A stretch of DNA of 64,000 bases from the NCBI RefSeq assembly GCF_009914755.1, contig NC_060929.1; one strand, 5' to 3'. Numbering within the stretch: the first letter of the stretch is position 1; each line of letters begins with the position of its first letter. A program made the translations under genes and the position numbers. The notes beneath the pieces are model-generated. The model was not told the origin of the DNA. It was given only the letters and a program-made list of their open reading frames with translations, and ran no database searches. This DNA comes from the human T2T-CHM13v2.0 reference genome, Homo sapiens. Shown piece after piece: positions 51,401 to 64,000 of this stretch.

Positions 51401-52619
51401 GGATAGTTAATGCAGGCATTATTGATGATAATAGCGGAAAATGAAACATTTTATATGATGGAAGAATTAAATAATAATGATAAGAGCCAGCCTAAGAATC
51501 AACTCAGTTACTGGCTTAAAGAGAAGAGTGTCTTTCCTATCCTGAGTTTTCCAGAATAAAAGAGGAACTAAAATTTCAGATGCCAAGGTTAGCACAGATA
51601 TACATACCAAGTAGTCTGCCTGTTCATCTTTAAATATGTTCAAAATGTACAAAGAAAAAAATAAGATTCATTATCATTAATTAGCCAGCATGTAATAAAA
51701 TCCAATGACAATTTTTTATAGTTCAGCATCAACTCCCCACACTACAGCTGAGTGTTTTTCTTCTTCCTTACGTGCCACAGCTGTTTCTGATCCTCTCACT
51801 ATTTTTCTAATTTAAAGACCAAGAAGTTTGTTTTCATTTGACAGTGTATAAGATTTTCAAACTATTTGCTGGAAACTGCACTCTAATTTCTGCTGTTATG
51901 TGTTCTTCTATTTGAATGTCATTTTTAAAAATAAGCCTTTTCCTGGTGCTCCAATTCTGAGATGGTACAAAAAAGTACGCTGATAGGAAGGCAACAGTCA
52001 AAATAATTCAACCATTGCCCTGGAGAACTTGGCACCTCTCTTGTTTGTTTCTCTCCCAATCAACAAGCCCTTAGTTCTACCAGATCCACTGGCTTTATAA
52101 AAATGGTAAATCAAACACCAAAATGTGTCACAATACAGGATGTAAATTAGAGATATATTTATATATTTATACACTCTATCAAGAACTAAAGGACTCAATA
52201 AAAATGCAATAAAAATGTGAAAGGGAATATGTGAACTTTTTTTTCCTGGCAACTTGTATCCTCTGGCTTAAGAGATAGCTGCTATTCAGTGAATCCACTG
52301 GCAAAACTAACATTTCTGTCTTTCTTTCTCCATTAACTGTGTCCTCCCGCAAGTTCTTCTTTTGATGGAATAACAGAAGTCATTGCCTGTATCACAGTGA
52401 TCACCACATAACTTTTGAAACCACAAGCTTCCTGTCTTAATTTCTGAAAACTTCATTTTAGTGCCAGTTCTTGATGATCCTATCTGAATTAGTCATAGGA
52501 GTACTGCTGGCTTCTGTTTCTGAAGTATACTGTAGTATTATAATTATATTACATAAATATATACTATACCTAAAAATTGCATACTACATATGAATGCAAA
52601 CCTATGAATTAGAAGTATA

Positions 52620-52850
52620 TTGTATTGCTTGGGAAGAGGGTGGATTGGATTTGAATGCTGACTCTGCAATATATTAGTTGTCAGGCCTTGGACAAATTGT
52701 TCATCTTCCTGTGCCTCAATTTCTCCTCTTATGAAATGGAGACAAGAAAGTTTCCTATGCTATCAGGTTGTGGTGAGGATTTTTAAATTAATAAATACAA
52801 AACACACAGAACTGTACCTGGCATGCATTAACACTCAATTATTGTTAGTG
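52620..52850 (+). mobile_element. MIR SINE
   Basis: 'ccttggacaaattgttcatcttcctgtgcctcaatttctc...ggttgtggtgaggatt'. Confidence 0.8.
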
Positions 52851-53944
52851 TTTTATTTTTATTATCATCTTTATTACTTTCATCATCAAATTTCACACCA
52901 CCACAAAAGTTTTATTACAAATTGCCAATCATGACAATTCCTAAAATATTTAAATATTTCAGGAACACATAGTCCAAAAACATTTTTAAAGTAATGCAAG
53001 ATTCCTGCATGTGGCAAAGTTCCATTCTCATGTCATCCTTTACATTTCATATTTGGATTGAGCCTTACTCTTCTGTGACAAAAAAAGTTTCTCCTAAATT
53101 TTAAATATCTTAACATAAAGTTTGCACTACATAAATAAAAATTACATTTGTGGATAGATGTCACTTCTATTTGGAAATCTGAAATATTTAATTATGTTTT
53201 ACAATTTCTATGAATTTTCCAGATAATAAAATATCAGTTGGAAATGTCCATTTGATAGGATTGGCTTCTGTGAGATCTGCTCAGCTGCTTGCGTGTATTT
53301 TTATGTTTGTGAAAATACAGCCAATCTTGGGCAAAAGAAATAAATCAGGTTTGAACTTTTATCATAACCTGTTGATTAACTACTAGCAATCTGTCATGTT
53401 CTGGGTCACATTACTACAGAAAATGGAGCGTCACCTCCCGGAGTGCCCCTGAGAACCTTAAGTTCATGGGAATGAACAGTAGAAGGGACCTCTGAACCCT
53501 TTCCCACAGCCAAATGACAGCTGTGATTCTTTGGCCTCAGCTTGCCTTCTTAAGCTGATTCGGCATGAAATTTATTATGCTTCCTCCACAGCATCCCATG
53601 TCGGCTAGGGACATTTATTATTCTGACCAATTATTGAAGGATATATGTTTTTCCTATCATTCAGTTTGATCAAAATTCTAGCCTCTAAAAAGGAACAAAC
53701 CACAGCTCAGGAATGAGGTAGGAGTGTACTCTGACATGCTGCCAAAGTTTGTTCCCTGCCTCTGGAGTGCAAACTTAAGTACACTTTAATCCTGCTTTAA
53801 AAAGCCATGTTGAGGCTTCATTTCACCAGCAAGTTTCTCAGATCGGAATAATGGGGGAGACAAAGACATCAAAAAGACAGATGAAGAGCTCAAACTTTTT
53901 AGAAAAATGCTGAGCTTCAATCTTTTCAAGTTTCTTCTACTTTT

Positions 53945-54120
53945 AAGCAGTGAGACCTTGAGTAAATTTCCTGACCTTGAGTAAATTTCCTAACCTTGAG
54001 CCTCAGTGTTCTCATTTGCAAAATGGAAATAATAATTGCTCCCAGTATTGTTGTGAAATTCAAATGAGATAATGAGTGTTAAACATCTGATGCAGACAGA
54101 ATTCAATGAATATTAGTTCT
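53945..54120 (+). mobile_element. MIR SINE with an internal 19-bp tandem duplication
   Basis: (GACCTTGAGTAAATTTCCT)x2 at 53954-53991, then 'gagcctcagtgttctcatttgcaaaatgg'. Confidence 0.85.
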
Positions 54121-54239
54121 TATGAGTAGGTTTATTGAACTTTGAAGTCACATGTACTGTTTGGTCTTTGTTGGAGTTTTTGAATTATTTGCTCATATCT
54201 TGAATACTTGAAGCTTAATAAGCTTATAGAAAGGAAAGG

Positions 54240-54760
54240 ACTAGATAATGCAGGAAACCAAAGGAAGTGAGGAGGATTTAATTTTATCTTAGGAGTAATG
54301 GGAAGTAATTGAATAGAAAATATCTAACTTGTCTTTAAAATAAATTTAAATAGGAGAGCTGCAAGAGAAAACCAGGGATATTTTTTGGAAGCTTTTTCTG
54401 GTCCAGAAGAGGGATGACAGAAGCTTAGACCAAGGTAGTGGTGTTGGAGATGAAGAGAAGTGGTCATTTATAAGTAGAATAAAAAGGGCCTGCTGATATA
54501 TTTATTGAATGTTGAAGAAAGGAATCAAAGATGGAGAATGGAAGTGCCATTTGCTGAGATGGGGGAAAATAAGGTGTAGAGGATGAGAGAGTGCCAATTG
54601 CTGAGATGGGGGAGAAAAGAAAGTTGTTGAGATGCAGAGGGTGAGAAATCAAGAGTTCTCTTTTGGACATGTTATGTTTATGAGGACCATTAGACACACA
54701 TGGGAAAGTAGTAAGGGCTGAGCACATGGATACCTTGAGGCTGTCATCATAATGACATTT
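54240..54760 (-). mobile_element. L2 fragment with an internal 47-bp-period duplication
   Basis: 'gcttagaccaaggtagtggtgttggagatgaagagaagtgg', 'aagagttctcttttggacatgtt'. Confidence 0.75.
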
Positions 54761-56339
54761 GAAGAGCCAGTCTTAATTTAGCCAGACATGTCCTGCATTG
54801 ACCTGTTACAATGTTATAATAAGGGGCAACAAGCCCCTTATTCTTGAAACTCCCTAAATTAGAGTGTTAAATTTATTAGATAAAGGGTCTTTTTTAAGAA
54901 GCTCATTAGAGGAAAAGAGTTTGCCTATTATGTGGCAGAGAAAGAGGACTCTGGCTTATTGAAGTTTCTTTATAAGCAAATAGCCAGAGAGGTCTTGATC
55001 TCTTAGCTAGGCCTGGCCCACGACTTACAGAATTGGTAAGGTGAGGTTTGGCAAATGGGAGATTTTGGTAAAGAAAAGACTAACCAAACATCTTAAGCAT
55101 CTAGAAGACATTATTCAGTAATTATGTGGAAGGCAATTTTGAAGATGGTATTCAGGATGGCTAGGTAGGGTAGAAAAATCAGCATTCAATATAAAATACA
55201 AAATTTGTCTGCAATTTTTTTCAAAGCAATAATATGTATAGTCAACTCTCAGTTACGGAATCATAAAATCTACTGTCTCTAAACATTTATGCTAGACTTT
55301 AATTCCCTTCACCTTACATTTATAAAACAACCAAAAACTAAGCATACATGACTTATATAGCTTTTTCATTTGTTCCTTTCACTCTTATCCTCAAAGGAAT
55401 GTTCTAATAAAATGTGAAATATGTTTTTTAAATGGAACAAAGAAGGAAAAAGACAGCAACAGTACGGTCAATATATTGCTCGTTTCCGGATAAACAGAGG
55501 TTTACAAATACTCAGAATTCGGTAGTTGTATTTTTAAAACCTTTCTACAATCGTTTTCAGTATCTTTTACTATAATAAGTTAGGGTAACTGTTTACAGAA
55601 TGATGGAATATATCTTGAACAATTCACTACTCTCTTTTCAGAGGATAATGCTTCACAAGAAAGGGGTATGTGTGTATGTTTGTGCCCCAGTGTAATAGAG
55701 AGAGGAAGGGAGGGAGGGAAGAAGGGAGGGAGAGAGAGATAGAAGGAGAAGACATTTGGTGACACATCCAAATATTATTTAAATTCTAGCATGGAATCAT
55801 AGCAATTGATCTTTGGAACCCTGGTGATCTCTGCGGTTGGCGTTATAACTGTTTGAAGGCTTCCACCATGTGGGGTGGCTGAGAACTGTTGTCCTGCAGC
55901 TGAGCCAGCACAGTTACACACTTTTGGTCCTTCCATCTGAGCTGCTACACAGAGAGCAGGTTTTGGAGCAGGTTCTTACAACATGAAGCCATCATGACTG
56001 AAGCTTGATGCTCCAAACACAGACACATTCTCACTTCCACAAATGTTTAAGTAAAAAGAGAATGTGCTGAAGGAGGAAATTATTGTCTTTTTGTTTCCTT
56101 CCTTTCATTTTCTTTTCTTGAAAAAACACACCTCGTATGGTGTTTTGACTTACAGAAAATGAAAAACAAAGATTAATTCTGAAACTGCTAATTGTGTAAA
56201 AAGCATGGATTTTCAAAGAAACTAAATGTTCTTTTATTAGCATGGAAAAACTTTTGAAGAGAAAGTATCAACCATTTTCCTTCGAATATTTTCCCCTAAT
56301 AAAACAGATATTTGGACAAGATTCATCAAAATATGTCTT

Positions 56340-56395
56340 TCCACCCCCAAAATATGTGTATCTATTATGTATCAATTAAAAGTAAAAGTAAAAAA
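56340..56395 (+). mobile_element. Short L1 (L1MA/L1PB-like) 3'-terminal fragment with A-tail
   Basis: 'acccccaaaatatgtgtatctattatgtatcaattaaaagtaaaa'. Confidence 0.55.
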
Positions 56396-59099
56396 TATAA
56401 CTGTCAAAAATCCCGCCATATCATGCTGATTTTTCAATTTTCTATAAGATCATATTTTAAATTAGTATAATTTCTAATGTAGAAACACTTCCTTATAAAA
56501 CAGCAGATTTTTATTTTAGCTAAAAACATTGATTTCAGATCATGATTATCTGAACTGATAGAGTTAACAGTAAAGAAGTAATATTTGCATTTCTCATAGG
56601 CCAAGGAAAATAGAATACAGTTGTAAAACTCTATGGATTAAAAACATTTGCCCATGGTTAACTATTGCTAGAAATCACAGTATAAAACCTCATCTCTGGC
56701 TTTTCCAGTGCTTCATCACCATAAGTCCTGAATGTGGCAACCCAACCATAAAAAAATAAGAAGGTTCCTACCCCAAAATATTATTCCTAACAAATCTTTG
56801 ATTGGGGATTATCAATTTAGACAGAGCGCATGTTGGGTGGACATCCAGCATCTACTTAAAGGCACATCGTATCGCTCAATATTTTGGTGTGCACTTTCGA
56901 CGTAACAATTGGCATTGAGGAGGTTTGTGCTCTGAAAGCATTTCTCATTACCCCACTCTACAGGGGTGAGAGAAGAATGCGTGTGCCCAGTTGGCTTCTG
57001 AAACAATAACCCCAAATACAGCATAGCTATAGTTGATATCTTTGGGGAGTAACTAGCATTATTTTATGAAAATTATTTAATGTATACCTGTATATTGACC
57101 TTTGTAAAAAGGAGAAAACAATATGGAGTCTGCAAGGGGAGGTTATTTTTTAATGCTACAGGAGTGAGAGAAGTTGGTCAATTACCACTTACCGAAAAAT
57201 GAAAGAATAACCTATGGGTAGCAGCATCGTGATGAAGAGAATAAATCAAAATGCTCTTATTTATTGGGGAGTTATAACTATCAGAGGGATTGTGGAACAA
57301 AACACTCCTCATCTCTACATCCACCATTCAAATGCTTCCTCTGCTGTGTTAGCCCATTGGGAAATCACAGTTCTCTATAAGTTGCATTTTCCTCCTTAGC
57401 CAAGTAAACTTATTATGTGATTACATTGCCATTTAATCCCCCGTAATTGTAGCAATATGTACAGCGGGGTAAGTCAGCAAAAATTCTCCTCTGTCCAGGG
57501 AGGTGAAAGCCTTGTGGAATCTGGGCATTCCAGTACTTTGGAAGAGTAAGCTTCCATTGCTCAAGATGGTGACATCACTTCCACCAATGGCTGAGACTGA
57601 GGAAAATGTGTGTTTCTTTTCTTAAGAGATGACAAGTTAAGTAAATCATCCTAGGAAAATGCTGAGCAGGTTATTTGATATATGCTAACTAGATGGATGC
57701 TTTAGTGAAGAAGCAAAGGTGCACAAGCGATCTTGAGACTGAGAAATGTTGCTTCCAACAAGCTTGTCTCTCAGTGGTCAAAATATGTTTTCACTCCCTG
57801 CTCTCTTCATCTCCTTTACTCTGGAAAACTGATAGGTGAATCACTTTTGTTCAGCTATGATTATTTTTACACCTCAAAACACAGCCTACAGGCTCACTTT
57901 TAGGTCATAATTTCACACAGAGACAACTTGTTCAAAAGGTGAAAAAAAATTTAAAAAGCTCTCAAAGTCCTAGTAAATATTAAGCAGCAGATAAGTCAGG
58001 TTCAAGTGAAAGCAAAGGAAACATTAACCATTTCTTGCTAGAAACATACTGTATATTATTTAGCTGCATCTAATCAACTTCATTTGGTTCCTTATTTTCA
58101 CTTCAAGGTTCCTCAGGGCAGTGTACACAATACAGTGTCTCCACCTTTGCAAATAGCTTGAAATCCAAAAATGCATTTGTAAATCAGTGTTCGAATTCAG
58201 AATGTGTTTACTGTCGAGGAAAAAAATATATGTGGGGGTTAGATTTCTAGGCTACCCTAAGGCATATGATGTCATTTTAATGTATTAACAACAGTGAACA
58301 TTTATATTTGCAATGAAAATTGCAAAATTCAATATTCTTAAAATACTAATACTTGTACTTACAGAAAAGCATTTTAACTGTTGCTTGTTTTTTCAAACTG
58401 AAATGCTGAAAATAAAAATGATTGTAAAATACCAGATTTCTGTATAGACTGAAGATTTATTGCCTCTATGTAAGAATGATCCAAATTTTTTAAGAGTTAG
58501 ATTTTAATATTGCAGAGAGCAAAAGTAGCAAATGCAAACCAATAAAATTTTGATAGGTATTACAAATTACATCATCAGCACATGTATTTATTTTGCATGT
58601 GTCTTCTTGCTTTATCAAGAGGTTGGACCACATTTTTCAATTATTTTATTTCAATCTCCATATCTATTGCAGCTGTCAATGCTCATCTGGCATAAGATAA
58701 ATGAAATTATCTCTCAGACAGAATAACTGAATTCTGTGACCACTTTGAAGCTTATCCCCGAGGCTAAGCTTTTCTGGATCCTGTAGTGACTCCAACACCT
58801 GACCAATGGGAATGCTCTACATTCAGACACTTTATAACACTTCTCATCATGACCTACAACGACATGGCATTCCAAAGATATTCTCTTTTGAACTCATTAA
58901 ATTTGGCAGTGGAGGATAAAAAGAGGCATACTGGATTTAAAAGATATTTATGAAGCATGAGAGAAACTACGTTGTCAACAGGTTTCCCTACTTCTGCTAT
59001 TTCCTTTAGTAGTCCATTTCCACAGAAGCTACAGGAATTCTGTAAGACATTACATTACAATTCTATCCAGCTTATATTCATTCAATGGCTTCTGATTAT

Positions 59100-59610
59100 A
59101 CTTGAAGTATAATCTAAACTCAAAGTTTTTGCCTTCCAGGTGCTATGTGACCTACCGTAGTTACCTTGCTGAACTCATCTGGCTCTACTCTCTACCTCCC
59201 TACTTCTCTTGAGTCCCGTTAGCCAGCACACCTGGATCCTCCACATCTGAGCACCATCTGCTCCTTTATTCTGCCTAAAATGTACTTCCTCAAATCTCTG
59301 TATGGCTGGCTCCTTAATATAAGTCTGCTCACTATAAAATGGCATTTCTGACCTACCACCCTTTTAAACATAACTGCTGACCTTCCTCCCTCTACTTTCT
59401 ATCATTAAACTCTATTATTTTAGATCATTTACTTATCACTATGTGAAATCATATGATTTATCTTGTTTCTGTTTGTCTTTTCCCCCCAGATAGAATGTAA
59501 ACTTGATGAGGGTAGGAACTATTTATGTCTTAGTTAACGTTGTTTCCCTAGCACCTAGCCTGGTGCCTAGCACATAGTAAATAATAAATGTGTATTAATG
59601 AATGAATAGC
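59100..59610 (+). mobile_element. L2a 3' end
   Basis: 'tagaatgtaaacttgatgagggtagg...cctagcacctagcctggtgcctagcacatagta...aatgaatgaat'. Confidence 0.85.
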
Positions 59611-60559
59611 TATTGATGTTAAAGAGACATTCTTGAATTTAGGTCGATGTCTGTAATCATTACACCATTGCTAAACATTATTATAATTAACTAATTTTGT
59701 AGCCTTGAGAAAGGAAATCTCACCCTCTTGACTGAAATGTCAAGTTCAAGAGGTGAAAGTTCAAGTTATGAGAAAGACATAAAGTCTCAAAGTGCTTTAA
59801 GCCAATTCTTTCAAAAATGAACTGAAAAGAAAGGTTAAAGGGATTGAGGTATTTTTTTAGCTTACCAAATAGAGACCTGGAAGATTAGTTAATTATCGCC
59901 TTCACATATATGAAGACTTTTTTATCATGAAAATGTCAAGCTTTTATCTGTCCACGAAGGGGAAAGAAAAGGAAACATTTAAATTCAAGCTGGAGATAAT
60001 TAGGGTGAACCAAAGACTCTCTGGGTCACAATAAAATGGGCTACTAAGAGTGATTTGGAATGCAAGTGGCCAAAATTCTGACAGGAGAGAGTTTAATAGA
60101 TCTATTTTAAATGTGACCAATAACTTCAATGAGAGGTGTACATAGTAGGGATTCCCAGGTAACTTTATTTGACTAAGAAATGTGTTTAGCAATGTAAGAT
60201 TAACACATATTGATATATATGTATACAAAATAGCTCAAATTAATACCAATGTGTATAAATGCATGCCTTACTCTTTCCTAGTCCTTTTCATCCAACTAAT
60301 ATGTTCTATATACCTGTCCAAATAAGCTGCTGAGTCTAATAAGCAGTTTCCAAATAGAAACCAAGTGCATCATAATTCTGTCATCACTGATTTCTCCTTC
60401 TCCCTCCCCTCTTCTTACCTAGTTTACTCAGCAGATCTCAGAGGAAGAAAAAGGTAAGATAAATGTCCAGTCAAACTTAACCAACCACTGGTATAAGAAG
60501 TATTGCTTCTAGCTACTCAATGAAATCAGAAAAACACTTTTTCTACTCCATTATTAGCT

Positions 60560-60790
60560 AATAATATTAATTAACAGTTATTGAATATTTATTATTTGCC
60601 AAGCATTTCCCAAGGTGCTGTTGTAAATTACCTACCTCACTTACATCTCACAACTAGTTGATGAAACTGAGACTCAGAAAGGCAAATATCATTTGTTCCA
60701 GTTGATACAGACTGTAAATGGCGAAGACAACCCTAGAACCCACCCTCGCAGATGACATTGGCTGTGCTCTGAACCACTCTCCTAGAGGAA
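60560..60790 (-). mobile_element. MIR SINE
   Basis: 'gatgaaactgagactcagaaagg'. Confidence 0.7.
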
Positions 60791-61239
60791 GGCGTAATAG
60801 ACCAGAAAAAGAATATCATTTTTTACACATAGGTAGCATTTTCATTTATAAGAGAGCATTGGCATTTTCCTGGGTTCCACAAGAAAATAATTATTCCTTT
60901 CCCCCACCAAAGTCTCTCCCTGAAGAATCACTTCCCATCTAACATTATCCAATACTGGCCACCAACCACCAAGTATTTTTAAGTCAATCCATTTAAATAT
61001 TGGACAGACTACCATGCTGGGAAACAGAAAGTCCTGAGTGTGGACTACAGAAATGCCCACAGCATCCAGCTGTTTGCAGCATCCTCTGGCTATGCTCCCT
61101 TTAAGATGCCCAGTTTGTATTAGAGTCAAATGAAGGCTATCTCCATGAATACATAGAGGCTAATGAACATTGTTATTCTTGTGTAAACACATAACTGCCA
61201 GTCTAGCTGGGCTTTCTTGGGGGTAATACAACAGCATAT

Positions 61240-63110
61240 AACAATTTTTTTAAATGCATATAATGTTTGCCCTAACAATTCTAATGAATTGACAAAGGAC
61301 ATAATCATAAGTGTGCCCAAAGTTTAGCTAAAAGGTTATTTATTCATTGTAGTGTTGTTTACAATATGATAAATGAAAACAAACTACAAATCCCAACATA
61401 GTGGATCAGCTAAGTTAATCATGGTACACATCAATACAATCGTTCATTTCATTAAAACGTATGCACCATATATTAAGTCAAAATGCAGCAAATAAACTGT
61501 ATGCACATTCAGGGCTCATTTTTGCAAAATAACATTAAAATGTACATAGACATGTATAAAACAAGGAAAAGATGCATCAAAAAGTTAATAATTGTTATCA
61601 CTGCATGTTGGGATTATATATTAATTTTATTCTTGGTTTTATGTGTTTTCTAAAAAAATCACATGCATTACTTTCATTATAATAAAATTAAAAGAAAAAA
61701 TAGGCTATCATAGTGTCTCCACATAAGGATCATAAGCTCCCCTATGTTCTAAAAAGATTCCTATTTGGATCACATGAATTTAATGAAAATGTATGCTTAG
61801 CGATTTGGTATTTGTTCAGAAGTAAAAAGTTTTATCATGAGTTTTAAAATATGGAAATTTCTTATTTTTATCTCATCATGGAATTTGGAAAGAAATGTAA
61901 CATTCAGTATTTACAGACATAATGATCACCTAAGTAACCCCTGTATGGCAATGAATTGGCAAAGGAAGATAGCCAAGGTACCCAGGAAAAAATCACTGAA
62001 CACATATTAGCAACTTGGAAAACAGCCAGAAATTAATTGAAAATGAAGAATAATAACAGGGACCAGCCATGCAAAATATCAAAATATTGTTAAAAGCTAC
62101 AGAAATTAATCCTCTTATATATGGTTACATAGTATATGGGAAGAGAGGCTTTCAAATTAGCTGTAGATAATGGACTCTCTAATAAGTGGCATTCAGATAA
62201 CTGACCATTCATTTGGAGAAAAAAAAGAAGAAAAGATTTCTACCTCACATCATTCACAAAAGTAAATTTGATTCTGATTAAAGGGCCACATGTATAAAAC
62301 CAAACTATTAGATAATTATAATAAAATAGTGGAAAGTACACATTATTTTTTGTTAACTTGTAATAGACTAGAAAGGTCTTTCAAAGCCATATGTAAATTC
62401 TCCAAGAAAATCAATTATAAATTAAACAAACTATATAAAATTTCTAGGATGCAAAATACACATAAAACAATTTTTTTAAAGTGATATTTTGGGAGAAAAT
62501 ATATGTAATGTTTAATGCAGAAAAATCAGCTGACATTTATAGCTCTCATAAATCAGTAAGAAAACTAGAAAGAACCTATAGAAAAATGAGCAAAGAATAT
62601 GAATATGTGATTTAAAAAGCAATTCAAATAGCTAATACATGAATTAAAATAATGCTAAACATCACTAGTAATCAAATGAGTAAAAATTAAATAATAACAT
62701 GATACCATTTCTCCCAAGTAGATTAATAAAATTTGTTTTAATTTGAAAATATTGAGGTCAACAATGTGGGTGAGATGGAGATTTTACACCTGGATTATTA
62801 GATTATAATTTGAGACATCTGTTCTAAACATCAGAATAATGTTATCTATCAAATACTTAACTAGATTTCTAGGAATCTATCCTCAAGAAAACCTCATGGT
62901 GAATAAACATATGCATACAGCATTATTACTAGTAGTGAAACAAAATATTATTCAACATGGCAATGATTTAAGAAAACACACACACCCACACACATACACA
63001 CCCCTAGACCTTTATGTTATACAAAGATATGTATGTGCGCTAACAAATACAAATATGAAACCACAAACCAAAGCCTAAGACTAATTCAGTGGATCTTTTC
63101 TTCCTCTCCC
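61240..63110 (+). mobile_element. Degenerate L1ME fragments
   Basis: 'ctacctcacatcattcacaaaagtaaatt', 'gaaaaatgagcaaagaatatgaat', 'atgctaaacatcactagtaatca'. Confidence 0.65.
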
Positions 63111-63293
63111 AAGAGTATAATTTTTACTCTTAAGAGAGAAAAAAAGTGGAAGGGCAGAGCAACATTCTCAAATGGCCAAAGGACTCCTGGAAACCATAAT
63201 GGGTAATTTCATCTTAAATTGCTTGCACTGCTGTCATGGCAAATACTTCATCTTCTCAAACTTTAAAAAACAAATCTGCCCTACACACAAAAA

Positions 63294-63295
<2 letters not shown>

Positions 63296-63352
<57 letters not shown>

Positions 63353-63375
63353 TGAGAGAGAGAGAGAGAGAGAGA
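63296..63375 (+). repeat. (GT)n(GA)n compound microsatellite
   Basis: Directly visible. Confidence 0.97.
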
Positions 63376-63705
63376 ATTAAGAAGAGGGTCTGAAGTTTCA
63401 TTCATGGGTTTGGATTGAAGCCAGGGCAGATAATTTTTAAAAAGCTAGAATATAAAGAGAAATTAAGAAAATCAAAAGACGCAAGAAAGAGCCATGAAAA
63501 TGTAAGCCTATCAGTAAATAATTCTCAGAAATCTTGGAGGTGGCATGTTCTCACCACACACCAATAATAGGAGTTCAAGAATATCTGTTCTAGATCATAA
63601 AGAGCAGAGGTGTCCTAGGTGGCCTGCAGGTTACATACGTTTACAAACATAATGACATAATGTTTACATTCATTGTAAAAAAATTACAGAAGGAATGTGT
63701 GCTAG

Positions 63706-64000
63706 TGTTTTAATCCATTCTTACAGTGCTATAAAGAACTACCTGAGACTGGGTAATTTATGAAGAAAAGAGGTTTAATTGACTCACAGTTCTGCAGGTT
63801 GTACAGGAAGCATGGCTGGGGGGCCTCAGGAAACATAATCATGGCAGAAGGCAAAGGGGAAGCAAGCACATCTTTACATGATGGCAGGAGAGAGAGAGAG
63901 AGTGAAGGTGGAAGTGTCACATATTTTTAAACTATCAGATCTCATGAGAACTCACTCACTATGACAAGAACAGCAAGGAAAAAAATCCACCCCTATGATC
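63706..64000 (-). mobile_element. MSTA-like MaLR LTR, running off the window end
   Basis: 'ctacctgagactgggtaatttatgaagaaaagaggtttaattgactcacagttc...cagatctcatgagaactcactcactat'. Confidence 0.9.

Noticed and set aside
54780-58900. Possible additional old LTR (~54780-55100, ~55750-56030) and Tigger-like (~58130-58880) fragments
   Set aside because: They are too degenerate to assign by eye and need a Dfam HMM search.
1-64000. A novel multi-gene biological system, promoter CpG island, tRNA/rRNA/snRNA gene or processed pseudogene
   Set aside because: I found no long ORFs, CpG island, RNA-gene signatures or recognisable host-gene peptides. The window reads as repeat-rich non-coding primate DNA.

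Overview
AT-rich, CpG-depleted primate genomic DNA, most likely human or ape and intergenic or deep-intronic. The basis for this is AluJ and AluS copies, L1PB, a MER41A LTR, MST/MLT LTRs, and many ancient MIR, L2, L1M and DNA-transposon fossils. I could not identify the locus. I find no credible protein-coding gene: the ORF track is short chance ORFs plus broken L1 ORF2 and Alu frames. There is no rRNA, tRNA or CRISPR array, and no evidence for a new multi-gene system. The notable items are at the level of DNA mechanism. (1) A ~2 kb MER41 ERV fragment ends just after the LTR polyA signal with an A-tail remnant and an 11-bp TSD, which looks like ERV RNA retroposed by L1 machinery. (2) A ~230-bp, ~97% identical copy-paste duplication has a permuted 18-bp prefix joined by GCTT microhomology. 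(3) A perfect 24-bp inverted repeat lies in unique DNA. (4) There is a ~46-bp L1 micro-insertion. (5) Several minus-strand segments have good splice sites and may be exons of a spliced non-coding transcript. (6) Some unique segments have motif clusters or retained CpGs and look enhancer-like. Repeat subfamily names come from my recollection of consensus sequences. Boundaries of old repeats are approximate.
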